Shown here: positions 24,940-34,036 of the stretch, piece after piece | Position numbering within the stretch: position 1 is the stretch's first letter | Layout of the letters: the number at the start of each line of letters is the position of its first letter | Origin: Thermoanaerobaculia bacterium | GTDB lineage: Bacteria > Acidobacteriota > Thermoanaerobaculia > Multivoradales > UBA5704 | NCBI GenBank assembly: GCA_039918595.1 | Contig: JBDSHF010000028.1 | Location: forward strand, 5,370 to 69,369 | Reading direction: 5' to 3' | DNA length: 64,000 bases | The notes under the pieces: generated by a model | The model's database searches: none | What the model saw: the letters and a program-made list of their open reading frames with translations, nothing else | Told to the model about the DNA's origin: nothing | Translations under genes and position numbers: made by a program

Positions 24940-25635
24940 ATGCCCCGACACTCTGACGGAGTAGTGCTGTCCAACTGGCATACCCTCTTCGAGGACTTCT
25001 CGACCTCGACCCAGGACTTCTATGCCGCTGTTGAAGCCGCGATTGCAGACCGGAACCTCCCAGACATCAAACTCTCCCGCGTCTTCTTCAGTGAGGGCGG
25101 CATCGGTTCCGCCAAGCGCGAATACCTCCGCATCGAGCGCCAGCGGATCGTCTTCGACATCTGCTCCGCGCCATACGGCAAGGGGCACTTCTTCTCCTGG
25201 TGGCTTGCCAAGATCCCAGCGAAGTATGGTCTTTTCATCGTTCTCGGTATTGCCCTCGGATGTCTTCCACTCTGTCTCATCTTCCTTGGCATCCTCTTGA
25301 AAATCTTCGAGGGCTCCCTCTTCGGCATGGTCGTCCTTCCCTTCATCTCCCTCCTCGTCATCCCGGCGATCTTCCTTCTCCTCGGTCTCGGCGTCGAGCG
25401 AGGGCTCATCGGCGACGAGGAATGGGTCCTCTCCATCCCCTGGGTCGGATACCTGTACTACGTAGTCTTCAACCCTGTCTCATACTACCGCCTCGACACC
25501 GCCATGATGTTCCGCGACTCGATACGCTCGGCCGTGAACGAGGTCTTGAACGACCTGCGGGAAGAGAAGGGCCTGCGGCTCCTCGGGGACGAGGAACTCC
25601 GGCCCGACGCCGACGAGGGAGAGGCCACGGCGTAG
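24940..25635 (+). CDS. membrane protein (about three TM helices) upstream of ATPase B
   Basis: ATG at 24940 with GGAGGA RBS. GLFIVLGIALGCLPLCLIFLGILL and MVVLPFISLLVIPAIFLLLGLG. GC rises at this start relative to the cassette. Confidence 0.6.
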   Translation: MPRHSDGVVLSNWHTLFEDFSTSTQDFYAAVEAAIADRNLPDIKLSRVFFSEGGIGSAKREYLRIERQRIVFDICSAPYGKGHFFSWWLAKIPAKYGLFIVLGIALGCLPLCLIFLGILLKIFEGSLFGMVVLPFISLLVIPAIFLLLGLGVERGLIGDEEWVLSIPWVGYLYYVVFNPVSYYRLDTAMMFRDSIRSAVNEVLNDLREEKGLRLLGDEELRPDADEGEATA

Positions 25636-25641
25636 CGGGGT

Positions 25642-28600
25642 ATGGCGAGCCGGGTTGAGGAGCGCACCCACCATTTCTTCCGGTGGGAACGGCGGGGCCG
25701 CGGACGGCGGAGCTTCCTGTCTCCCGTCTCGCTTGAGCCGCCCTTCACTCCCTTTTGGTTCGTGAAACATGCCGCGCCCGCCCTCGATGACGGCAGGCAT
25801 CACACCTTCTTGTCAGCCTTCCTCGAACGGTTCTCTGGTAAGCGGGAGGCGCCGCCACCTGAGCCCGAGATCGAAGAGCCGGAGGCGGAACCCGGAGACG
25901 AGGGGGAGCCTGTCGAGCTACGGGTCCTCCTGCCGCAGGAGCTTTCCGTCACGGCGGCGCTCTCCGAAGGCTTCCTCAAGAGCCTTGCGGCCGTCCATAC
26001 GCCGCTCTCGCTGGAACTGGTCGGCATAGGCGGAGAGGTGGCGGTTTCCCTCACCAGCCGCAGGACGGCGGTGCCGATCCTCTCCTCCCAACTGCGGGCC
26101 TTCTTCCCGGAGGTACGCCTGGAGGAGGAAGAAGATCTCCTCCTCACTGCCTGGGAGTCGGGAGTGGAGGGTGTCTTCGGCGCCGTCGAGCTTGGCCTGT
26201 CCCGCGAGTTCATGCTACCCCTCGGCCGTCCGCGAAACTTCACGCCCGATCCCTTGACCGCGATCGTGGGAGCGCTTGCGGAGACTGCGCCCGGCGAGGT
26301 TGTCATCGTCCAGGTGCTCTTTCAGGGAGTGCGGTCGCCGTGGGCGGAGAACATCGTGCGGTCGGTGACCACACCCTCCGGCGAGCCCTTCTTCGCTGAC
26401 GCTCCCGAGGTCACCAAGCTTGCCCGCGAGAAAGTATCCGCACCGCTCTTCGCCGTTGCCGTTCGCGTCGTGGCGCGGGGAGCAACCGAGGAGCGGCTGT
26501 GGACGCTTCTCTCGGGTAGCCTTGGCGCGCTCGTGGGCGCAACGAGAGGTGACAACGAACTTGTGCCGCTCGGGACGGATGACAGTACCGAGATCTTGGG
26601 AGACGTGCTCCTGCGCAGGACCCACCGGAGCGGCTTTCTCCTCTCGCTTCCCGAGCTGCTTCCCCTGGTTCACCTTCCGTCGCCCTCGATCCCCGGCATC
26701 GCCCGGGACACCGGCCGCACCAAGCTCCTCCCCGAGGAGGCACAGGAAGGCGGGCTCTTCCTCGGGTACAACGTCCATGCGGGAAGGGAGCGCGAGGCGC
26801 GGCTCTCGACGGACGCGCGCCTCCGCCACGTGCATGTCGTGGGGGCTTCGGGCACCGGCAAGTCAACGCTTCTGGTGTCCATGATCCTCCAGGACATTGC
26901 CGCCGGGCACGGCGTGGGCGTCATCGACCCGCACGGCGATCTCATCGACCACGTGCTCGGCGGGATTCCTGAAAACCGAGCGGCGGACGTAATCCTCTTT
27001 GACCCGGCCGACCCGGAGCATGTCGTCGGCTGGAACATACTCTCCGCGCACTCCGAAGCAGAGAAAGACATGCTCTCCTCGGACCTCGTTGCGGTCTTCC
27101 GCAGGCTTTCGACCTCCTGGGGCGACCAGATGACGGCGGTCCTTGCGGGCGCGATTCTCGCCTTCCTGGAGTCAGAGCGGGGCGGCACGCTCCTCGATCT
27201 GCGGCGGTTCCTCGTGGACCAGGGCTTCCGGCGGGAGTTTCTCGCCACCGTCCGCGACGAGTATGCCCGAGACTTCTGGACGAGAGAGTTTCCGGTGCTC
27301 AAGGGCTCGCCTCAGGCGTCGATCGTGACCCGGCTCGATACGCTTCTCCGGGGCAAGCTCGTGCGCGGGGTGGTGACGGCCAGAGACAAGCCCCTGGACT
27401 TCCGGGGAGTGGTGGACGACCGGCGGATCTTCCTGGCGAAGCTCTCGCAGGGTGCCATCGGCGAGGAGAACGCTGCGCTCCTGGGGTCGCTTCTCGTCTC
27501 GAAGATCCACCAAGTATGCCTTCTGCGGCAGGATCAGGCCGAGGGTTCGCGCCGGCCGTTCTTCCTCTACCTCGACGAGTTCCACAACCTCGCGACGCCC
27601 TCCATGGCGACGCTCTTCTCCGGGGCGCGCAAGTACCGCCTCGGGGTGACCGTCGCGCATCAGGATCTCTACCAGCTCCACGCCTCCGTTCCCGAAGTCG
27701 AACGGGCCGTCCTCGGGAACGCATACACCCGGATCTGCTTCCGCCTCGGCGACGAGGACGCCCGGACCTTATCTGCGGGCTTCTCCTTCTTCACGGCAGA
27801 CGACCTCGGGAACCTCGACACCGGAAGAGCGATCTGCCGGGTGGGCAGGAAGGAGCACGACTTCAACCTCTCCGTCGTGCCGATGGAGCATGGAGACCCT
27901 GAGGCGCATGAAGCGAGGCGCCGGGATGTCCGGGCGCGGTCGCTTGCGAGGTGGGGCGCGCCGCGCTCTGCGGAGCCGCCGGCGGCTCCCGCACCTCCCG
28001 AGAGGCCACGAGCGGAAGCACCGCCACGAGTCGAAGTGCCACTGGCGCAGCCGCAACCCAAACGAGAGACAGCCCCGCCGCCTTCGGCTCCGCCCCCTCT
28101 ACCCGCACAGGTGCAAGCTCCCGAGCCACCTCCGGTCGAACCGCGCCGCCCGGGCAAAGGCGGGCCGGAGCACACGTATCTCCAGGAACTCATCAAGCGG
28201 TGGGGAGAGGAGAAGGGCTTCCGGGCAGTGGTCGAGGAGCAGATTGCGGGCGGCAGGGAAAGCATAGACATCGCCCTCTACCGGGGCGACCTCAAGATCG
28301 CCTGCGAGGTCTCGGTCACGACGCCTCTTGAATATGAGGTCGGGAACGTGGAGAAGTGCCTTGCGGCCGGATTCGGGACGGTGGCGGTCGTGTCTCTCAA
28401 GAAGGCCCGACTCGCGAAGCTCGGAAAGCTCCTCGACGAAGCCATTCCTTCCGAGAGCCGGGCCAAGGTCCACCTATTCACGACGGAGGAGTTGCTCTCA
28501 TGGCTTGAGGGGCAGCCGGTCCACGAGGAGGTGAAAACTGTCAGGGGATGGAAGGTCAAGGTCAAGTACCGCGATCCGGGAGATGACCGCATGAAGCGCG

Positions 28601-28650
28601 TCGCCGAGATCCTGGCCCGGAGTACGAGCGGGCTAGAGAAGGATGGGTAG
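25642..28650 (+). CDS. FtsK/HerA/T4CP-superfamily ATPase B with long N-domain, Pro-rich linker and C-terminal PD-(D/E)xK-like nuclease domain
   Basis: Walker A GASGTGKS plus VIDPHGD. FFLYLDEFHN...RKYRLGVTVAHQDLYQL, paralogous to ATPase A. Linker PPAAPAPPERP...PPPLPAQ. C-terminal GRESIDIALYRGDLKIACEVSV. Confidence 0.7.
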   Translation: MASRVEERTHHFFRWERRGRGRRSFLSPVSLEPPFTPFWFVKHAAPALDDGRHHTFLSAFLERFSGKREAPPPEPEIEEPEAEPGDEGEPVELRVLLPQELSVTAALSEGFLKSLAAVHTPLSLELVGIGGEVAVSLTSRRTAVPILSSQLRAFFPEVRLEEEEDLLLTAWESGVEGVFGAVELGLSREFMLPLGRPRNFTPDPLTAIVGALAETAPGEVVIVQVLFQGVRSPWAENIVRSVTTPSGEPFFADAPEVTKLAREKVSAPLFAVAVRVVARGATEERLWTLLSGSLGALVGATRGDNELVPLGTDDSTEILGDVLLRRTHRSGFLLSLPELLPLVHLPSPSIPGIARDTGRTKLLPEEAQEGGLFLGYNVHAGREREARLSTDARLRHVHVVGASGTGKSTLLVSMILQDIAAGHGVGVIDPHGDLIDHVLGGIPENRAADVILFDPADPEHVVGWNILSAHSEAEKDMLSSDLVAVFRRLSTSWGDQMTAVLAGAILAFLESERGGTLLDLRRFLVDQGFRREFLATVRDEYARDFWTREFPVLKGSPQASIVTRLDTLLRGKLVRGVVTARDKPLDFRGVVDDRRIFLAKLSQGAIGEENAALLGSLLVSKIHQVCLLRQDQAEGSRRPFFLYLDEFHNLATPSMATLFSGARKYRLGVTVAHQDLYQLHASVPEVERAVLGNAYTRICFRLGDEDARTLSAGFSFFTADDLGNLDTGRAICRVGRKEHDFNLSVVPMEHGDPEAHEARRRDVRARSLARWGAPRSAEPPAAPAPPERPRAEAPPRVEVPLAQPQPKRETAPPPSAPPPLPAQVQAPEPPPVEPRRPGKGGPEHTYLQELIKRWGEEKGFRAVVEEQIAGGRESIDIALYRGDLKIACEVSVTTPLEYEVGNVEKCLAAGFGTVAVVSLKKARLAKLGKLLDEAIPSESRAKVHLFTTEELLSWLEGQPVHEEVKTVRGWKVKVKYRDPGDDRMKRVAEILARSTSGLEKDG

Positions 28651-28676
28651 GTAGGTACTCTCCGGCGCCGCATCCC

Positions 28677-28705
28677 GCCACAGGGGCACCTTGTGGCGTC
28701 TTTCC
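28677..28705 (+). terminator. hairpin after ATPase B
   Basis: GCCACA (28677-82) pairs with TGTGGC (28692-97), followed by GTCTTTCC. Confidence 0.35.
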
Positions 28706-28791
28706 GGCTACCATCGGCGCGCGTACGGTGGGCGAAGAGTGTTCTTCACACCTTCAACCCTCCGCGAGAGCGGATCTCTTTGGAGACAAGG

Positions 28792-30375
28792 ATGATGCGT
28801 CCCCGAACCCCTAACAGCGAAGGCAAACGGGTGGGGCTCTGGATCAGAGTCTCGACCGAAGACCAAGCACGGGGCGAGAGTCCCGAGCACCACGAAGCGC
28901 GCGCCCGGATGTATGCCGAGAGCAAGGACTGGACCGTCATAACGGTCTACCACCTCGAAGGCGTGTCAGGGAAGTCGGTCATGCAGCACCCCGAGGCACA
29001 GCGGATGCTTGCCGATGTCAGGCAAGGGTCGATCTCCGGCCTCATCTTCTCCAAGCTCGGCCGCCTAGCCCGGAACACGACCGAGCTACTGGAGTTTGCC
29101 GCGATCTTCGAGCAGCACGGTGCCGACCTCATTTCCCTCGGCGAGTCGATCGACACCTCCACTCCCGCCGGCCGTCTCTTCTACACCTTGATCGCCGCCA
29201 TGGCGACCTGGGAGCGAGAGGAGATCGCCTCTCGGGTCGCGGCTTCCGTGCCTATCCGGGCCAAGCTCGGGAAGAAGCTCGGCGGAGCCGCCCCCTACGG
29301 CTACGCCTGGAAGGACGGCAAGCTCGCCCCTGAAGAGAAAGAGGCGCCTGTCCGGAAGCTCATGTATGAACTCTTCCGACAGACCAAGCGCGTGCGGACG
29401 GTTGCCCGGCTCTTGAACGAGCAAGGATACCGGACCCGAAACGGAAGCCTCTTCACCCATGTCACGGTGCGGCGCCTCATCCTCGACCCCACCGCTAAGG
29501 GGGTACGCCGCGCCAACTACACCAAGAGCCTGGGTGACGGGAAGAAGTGGAAGCTCAAGCCCGAAAGCGAATGGGTAGAGCTGCCAGTCCCCCCGATCGT
29601 GGACGAAGCGGTCTGGGAATCGTGCGCCTCGATCCTCCGGGAGAGGGCGAACGGCCGCAAGCCCGGTCCCCGGACAGTCCACCTCTTCACTGGCGTTGTC
29701 TTCTGCCATTGTGGGCGGAAGATGTACGTGCCCTCGAACAACCCTAAGTGGATCTGCCAGGGGTGCCACAACAAGATCCCCATTCCGGACCTTGAGGCCG
29801 TCTTCGAAGAACGGCTTCAGGCGCTCGTCTTCTCCCCTGAGCAGTTTGACGTCCACCTTCGGGAAACAGAGGCGACGATCGAGGCAAAGCGGGAGGAGCT
29901 GGCAGTGCTACTGCGGGAAGAAGACTCCGTAAAGGCTGAGTCCGACAAGCTCTACCGCCTCTACCTCGAAGGGGGCCTCCCGGTCCCGGCCTTTCGGGAA
30001 AGGAACGATCCTCTGGAGGAGCGGAAAGAGCAACTGCGGCTCCAGATTCCCCGGCTCAAGGGAGAGATAGACTTCCTCGTGATACGGCAGCTCGGAAGTA
30101 CAGAGACTCTTGTCGAGGCCCAGACCCTCTACGAGAAGTGGGCGATCCTCTCCTTCGGGATCAAGCGGGAGATCGTCGAAACCATCGTGGAGCGGATCGA
30201 CGTCGGGGTGGGCGATGTCGAGATCACCCTCTCTTGCGACATACCCGAGCCCCCCGACTTCCCCCTTTCCCCTGAACTCATGGCAGAAGGGGAACGAATC
30301 TCCAGGGATTCATCGCGGCGAGCAGGGAAAACCGGGCCGGGAAGACCAGCCGGGCGCGGGCCCGCACGACGCTGA
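28792..30375 (+). CDS. large serine recombinase R2 (island integrase candidate); ORF runs across the island/comM junction
   Basis: [23 protein letters not shown], recombinase domain, Cys cluster [10 protein letters not shown]...WICQGCHNK, coiled coil. ATG at 28792 with GGAGA RBS. The last ~25 codons lie in comM-antisense DNA. Confidence 0.85.
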   Translation: MMRPRTPNSEGKRVGLWIRVSTEDQARGESPEHHEARARMYAESKDWTVITVYHLEGVSGKSVMQHPEAQRMLADVRQGSISGLIFSKLGRLARNTTELLEFAAIFEQHGADLISLGESIDTSTPAGRLFYTLIAAMATWEREEIASRVAASVPIRAKLGKKLGGAAPYGYAWKDGKLAPEEKEAPVRKLMYELFRQTKRVRTVARLLNEQGYRTRNGSLFTHVTVRRLILDPTAKGVRRANYTKSLGDGKKWKLKPESEWVELPVPPIVDEAVWESCASILRERANGRKPGPRTVHLFTGVVFCHCGRKMYVPSNNPKWICQGCHNKIPIPDLEAVFEERLQALVFSPEQFDVHLRETEATIEAKREELAVLLREEDSVKAESDKLYRLYLEGGLPVPAFRERNDPLEERKEQLRLQIPRLKGEIDFLVIRQLGSTETLVEAQTLYEKWAILSFGIKREIVETIVERIDVGVGDVEITLSCDIPEPPDFPLSPELMAEGERISRDSSRRAGKTGPGRPAGRGPARR

Positions 30376-31351
30376 CGTTCCCCTCTTCGAGCGGCTGGCG
30401 CAGGGCTTCCAGGGTGTCGCGCCGGAATTCCGGGAGCTCGTCGAGGAAGAGGACGCCGTTGTGGGCCAGGCTCGCCTCGCCCGGCCGCGGGTTGCTGCCG
30501 CCGCCGATCATCCCCGCCGTGCTGGTCCCGGTGTGCGGGCTGCGGAACGGCCGCTGGCGCAGCAGCCCCGCCGGCGGCTCCTCGGCCACCAGGGAGTGGA
30601 CCTTGGTGACCGCGATCGACTCCGCCAGGGTGAGCGGCGGCAGGATCCCCGGCAGGCGGCGGGCGAGCATGGTCTTCCCTGAGCCTGGAGGCCCGAGGAA
30701 GAGGAGGTTGTGGCCGCCGGCCGCGGCCACCTCCAGAGCCCGTTTCGCCATCTCCTGCCCCCGCACCTCGGAGAGGTCGGGCGCCCCCATCAGCAACTCA
30801 ATGGAAAAGGGGGGAGCCGGGACGGCCGGCAGCTCCGCCTCACCCGTAAGGTGCTGGACGGCCTCGGCAAGCCCCCGGAGACCGAAGACCGGGACGGCTT
30901 CGAGGGCAGCCGCCTCGGCGGCGTTGGCCGCCGGCAGCAGGACCTCGCGGACTCCCATGCGGCGCCCGAGGTCGGCGATGGCCAGACCGCCGCGCACGGA
31001 GCGGATGGCGCCGTCGAGCCCCAGCTCGCCGCAGATCAGCCGCCCGGCGAGGGCGTCCTGCGGGATCTGCTCGTAGGCCGCGAGCATCGCCAGGGCAATG
31101 GCGAGGTCGAGGTGGTTGCCCTCCTTGCGGAGGTCGGCCGGCGCGAGATTGATGATGATGGACTTGGGTTCCAGGTCGAAGCCGCAGTTTTTGATCGCGG
31201 CGCGCACCCGCTCGCGGCTCTCGCGGACCGCGGCATCGGCAAGTCCCACGATCTGAATCTGCGGGAGTCCGTTCTGGACGTCGACCTCTACCTGGACGGG
31301 GCGTGCTTCGATCCCCCATGGCGTGGCGGTGGTGGCTCTGGCTAGCATCAA
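30278..31351 (-). pseudogene. comM: comM/yifB (Mg-chelatase-like ATPase), 5' two-thirds, interrupted by the island
   Basis: [32 protein letters not shown], Walker [20 protein letters not shown]. Ends at AAMNP, whereas full-length relatives are about 500 aa. Confidence 0.75.
30295..30310. other. approximate island/chromosome junction (attR)
   Basis: comM translation ..FSLLAAMNP is followed by WRFVPLLP-stop instead of the expected CPCG-type continuation. Confidence 0.5.
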
Positions 31352-31461
31352 CCCAGATAAGACGTAAAATCCACCTCCAATCTTCTTCGCCCTAGAACGG
31401 CGGGGGTTTGCGGACCCCCTTTTGATCTACTTCGAAACTTCATGAAACGAAAGAATAGACT

Positions 31462-32619
31462 GTGAACGTCCTCGTCGTCGCCACCAAAGCGCCCTGGCCG
31501 GCGATCGACGGCGGGCGCTTCCTGCTCCTCAACACCCTCCGGGGCCTTACCGGAGCAGGCTGCCACGTCACGCTGGTGGCACCGGTCGATCCGGCGCGGT
31601 TCGAGCTCTCCGAGGTCGCTCGCGAGCTCTCCGCCGTCTGTACACCGGCGCTGGTCCCGGCGTCTCCCTTGCCCCCCGCGGTGGCGCTGCTCCGTTCCGG
31701 CGGAACGCCGTTGTCGATCGCCCGCCACTCGCTCCCCGCCGTGCGGCGTGAGGTGGAGCGCCGGATCGCGGCGGAGCGCTTCGACCTCGTCCACGCCGAG
31801 CAGCTCCAGGCGCTGCCGCAGGCCGAGCCCGCCTACGCCCGGCGGATTCCAGTGGTGCTGCGGGCGCAGAACGTGGAGAGCGATCTCTGGGCGGCCACGG
31901 CCCGGCAGGGGAGAGGGCCGCGGGGACTCCTACTGCGCCGGGAAGCGAAGAAGCTGGCGGCCTGGGAAGGGAGCGCGGTCCGCCGGGCCGCCGCGACTCT
32001 GGCGCTGACGGCGGAGGACGCGGCCCGATTGCGCGAGTTGGCCGGCGGAGAAGGGCGAGTCGCGGTCGTCCGCGCGGCCTTCCCGGATCTCCCTCCGGGA
32101 ACGGGACGGCTGGAAGGCGATCCGGCGGTGACGGTCTTCGGCAGCCGAGGGTGGCTGCCCAATGAGGAGTCGACCGCCTGGTTCGCCGCCGAGGTCTGGC
32201 CCGCCGCGCGCGCCGAGTCTCCTGGCGCGGTCCTCCATCTCTTCGGATCAGAAGCGCCCGGCGCCGTTTCACACCCTTCGCCGGCCGATAGCAGCGAGGT
32301 CTACGCGCCGGGCTCGATCCTCGCCGTCCCCCTGCGCATCGCCTCCGGGGTACGTATCAAGATCCTGGAAGCCTGGGCCCGCGGCATCCCGGTGGTCGCG
32401 ACCCCCGCCGCCCTCGCCGGCCTGGAGGCGGAGGATGGGCGGGAGGCCCTGGTCGCCCGCGATGCAGGAGAGTTTGCCGTCGCGATCGGCCGGATTCACC
32501 GCGATCCCGCGCTCGCCGCGGCGCTCGTCGAAGCGGGCCACCGGGCGCGGCGGGAGCGGCATGATCCAGGAGCGGTGGCGCGGAGGTTGATGGAGGAATA
32601 TGAGAAGGCGGCGGGTTAA
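31462..32619 (+). CDS. glycosyltransferase (GT1/GT4-like)
   Basis: MNVLVVATKAPWPAIDGGRF. C-terminal PLRIASGVRIKILEAWARGIPVVATP. GTG start. Confidence 0.65.
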   Translation: MNVLVVATKAPWPAIDGGRFLLLNTLRGLTGAGCHVTLVAPVDPARFELSEVARELSAVCTPALVPASPLPPAVALLRSGGTPLSIARHSLPAVRREVERRIAAERFDLVHAEQLQALPQAEPAYARRIPVVLRAQNVESDLWAATARQGRGPRGLLLRREAKKLAAWEGSAVRRAAATLALTAEDAARLRELAGGEGRVAVVRAAFPDLPPGTGRLEGDPAVTVFGSRGWLPNEESTAWFAAEVWPAARAESPGAVLHLFGSEAPGAVSHPSPADSSEVYAPGSILAVPLRIASGVRIKILEAWARGIPVVATPAALAGLEAEDGREALVARDAGEFAVAIGRIHRDPALAAALVEAGHRARRERHDPGAVARRLMEEYEKAAG

Positions 32620-33554
32620 AACTCCCCCACCAGCGAAATCTCCACCTCCAACCGATATCCCGTCTCCTTCTCGACCCCCTTCTGGCAACGGGCGATCAGC
32701 GCCCGCACGTCCGCCGCGGTGGCGCCTCCGGTATTGATGAAGATGTTGGCGTGGCGCTGGGTGATCATGGCGCCGCCGATGCGCGTGCCCTTCAAACCGC
32801 ACTGGTCGATCAGGCGGCCGGCACCGATCCCCTCGATCTTCTTGAAGATGGAGCCGGCGCTCGGCTCGGTGTCCAGGGGCGGGTGGCGCTCGTGGCGCCA
32901 CTGGAGGTTCTCCTCGACGATCCGCCGCATCCGCTCCGGGTCCTCCGGCGCTAGCTGAAAAGTGGCGGCGAGCACCACGTCCGGCCGGTGGTGGAGGACC
33001 GAAGTGTCGTAGCCGAATTCGAAGTAGTCGACGCCCACCGTCCGGCGCTTCCCCTCCGCGGTCAGGATCTCCGCTCCCTTCGTCACCTCGGCGATGAACA
33101 TCGTCCGCTCGCGGGCCGGGGCGGGGGAGAGGAAATGAAGGTTCTGCCAGAGCGCGCCCCCCACGGTCGAGGGGATGCCCACGTAGTGCTCCAGCCCGGA
33201 GAGGCCGTGCGCGGTCGCCGCCTCGATCAGATCGGGCCAGACGATCGCTCCGCTCTCGGCGCGCACCGTCCCCTCCCCGGGGGAGAATTCGAGATGCCGC
33301 GCCAGGTTCCGGATCACCAATCCCCGGAACCCGCGGTCGCCGATCAGGATGTTGGCGCCCAGCCCGAGCAGGAAGAATGGAACTCCGTGATCGCGGGCGG
33401 CGAGGAGGGCCGCCGCCAATTCGTCCGCCGTCGCCGGCTCATAGAAGAGGTCGGCCGGACCGCCGATCTTGAAGGTGGTATAGGGGGCCAGGACCTCGCC
33501 GGTCCGCACCCGGTCCGGTCCCAGCGCCCGGCGGAGGGCCTCGTACCCCTTCAC
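32616..33554 (-). CDS. murB: UDP-N-acetylenolpyruvoylglucosamine reductase
   Basis: YTTFKIGGPADLF...FFLLGLGANILIGDRGFRGLVI...GSIFKK. Confidence 0.85.
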   Translation of the reverse strand: MKGYEALRRALGPDRVRTGEVLAPYTTFKIGGPADLFYEPATADELAAALLAARDHGVPFFLLGLGANILIGDRGFRGLVIRNLARHLEFSPGEGTVRAESGAIVWPDLIEAATAHGLSGLEHYVGIPSTVGGALWQNLHFLSPAPARERTMFIAEVTKGAEILTAEGKRRTVGVDYFEFGYDTSVLHHRPDVVLAATFQLAPEDPERMRRIVEENLQWRHERHPPLDTEPSAGSIFKKIEGIGAGRLIDQCGLKGTRIGGAMITQRHANIFINTGGATAADVRALIARCQKGVEKETGYRLEVEISLVGEF

Positions 33555-33982
33555 GGCTCGTCGATCATCTGGATCCGCCGGACGTGCCGGCCCCCCTCGA
33601 ACGGGGTGTCGAGCCAGATCTGCACGATGGAGAGGGCGAGCTCGATCGGCATCATCCGCTGACCGAGGGAGAGCATGTTGGCGTCGTTGTGCTGGCGGCC
33701 GAGCTGGGCGGACTCCTCATTCCAGCAGAGGACGCAGCGGATGCCGCGCACGCGGTTGGCGGTGATCGCCTCGCCGTTCCCCGAGCCGCCGAGCACGATC
33801 CCGCGCTCGACCTTGCCCGCCGCCACCGCCAGGGCGACCGGCCGGATGAACGCCGGATAGTCGACGGTCATCTCCGATTTCGTCCCGAAGTCCTGCACCT
33901 CGTGGCCGCGTTTGGCGAGGTACTTCTTGATCTCTTCCTTATAGCGATAGCCGGCGTGGTCGGAGCCGATGCCGATCTTCAT
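33551..33982 (-). CDS. rpiB: ribose-5-phosphate isomerase B
   Basis: MKIGIGSDHAGYRYKEEIKKYL...GIVLGGSGNGEAITANRVRGIRC. Confidence 0.85.
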   Translation of the reverse strand: MKIGIGSDHAGYRYKEEIKKYLAKRGHEVQDFGTKSEMTVDYPAFIRPVALAVAAGKVERGIVLGGSGNGEAITANRVRGIRCVLCWNEESAQLGRQHNDANMLSLGQRMMPIELALSIVQIWLDTPFEGGRHVRRIQMIDEP

Positions 33983-34036
33983 CTTGCACTCCTTGGAATG
34001 GACTACGGTTCGGGTCCAGGATTGTACGCCAAGTCG

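Larger units (their letters stand above)
1..30305. mobile_element. Right-hand 30 kb or more of an integrated genomic island inserted into comM; left end outside window
   Basis: Two large serine recombinases, ArdC, replication-like genes and many XRE regulators. GC is lower and patchy by eye compared with 30.3-64 kb. The comM frame breaks at ~30305 next to recombinase 28792..30375. Confidence 0.75.

Noticed and set aside
31402-31423. GGGGGT/ACCCCC hairpin plus TTTT in the divergent comM-glycosyltransferase intergenic region, as a possible attenuator or sRNA terminator.
   Set aside because: No upstream promoter or transcript partner could be identified from the sequence. The stem is only 6 bp.
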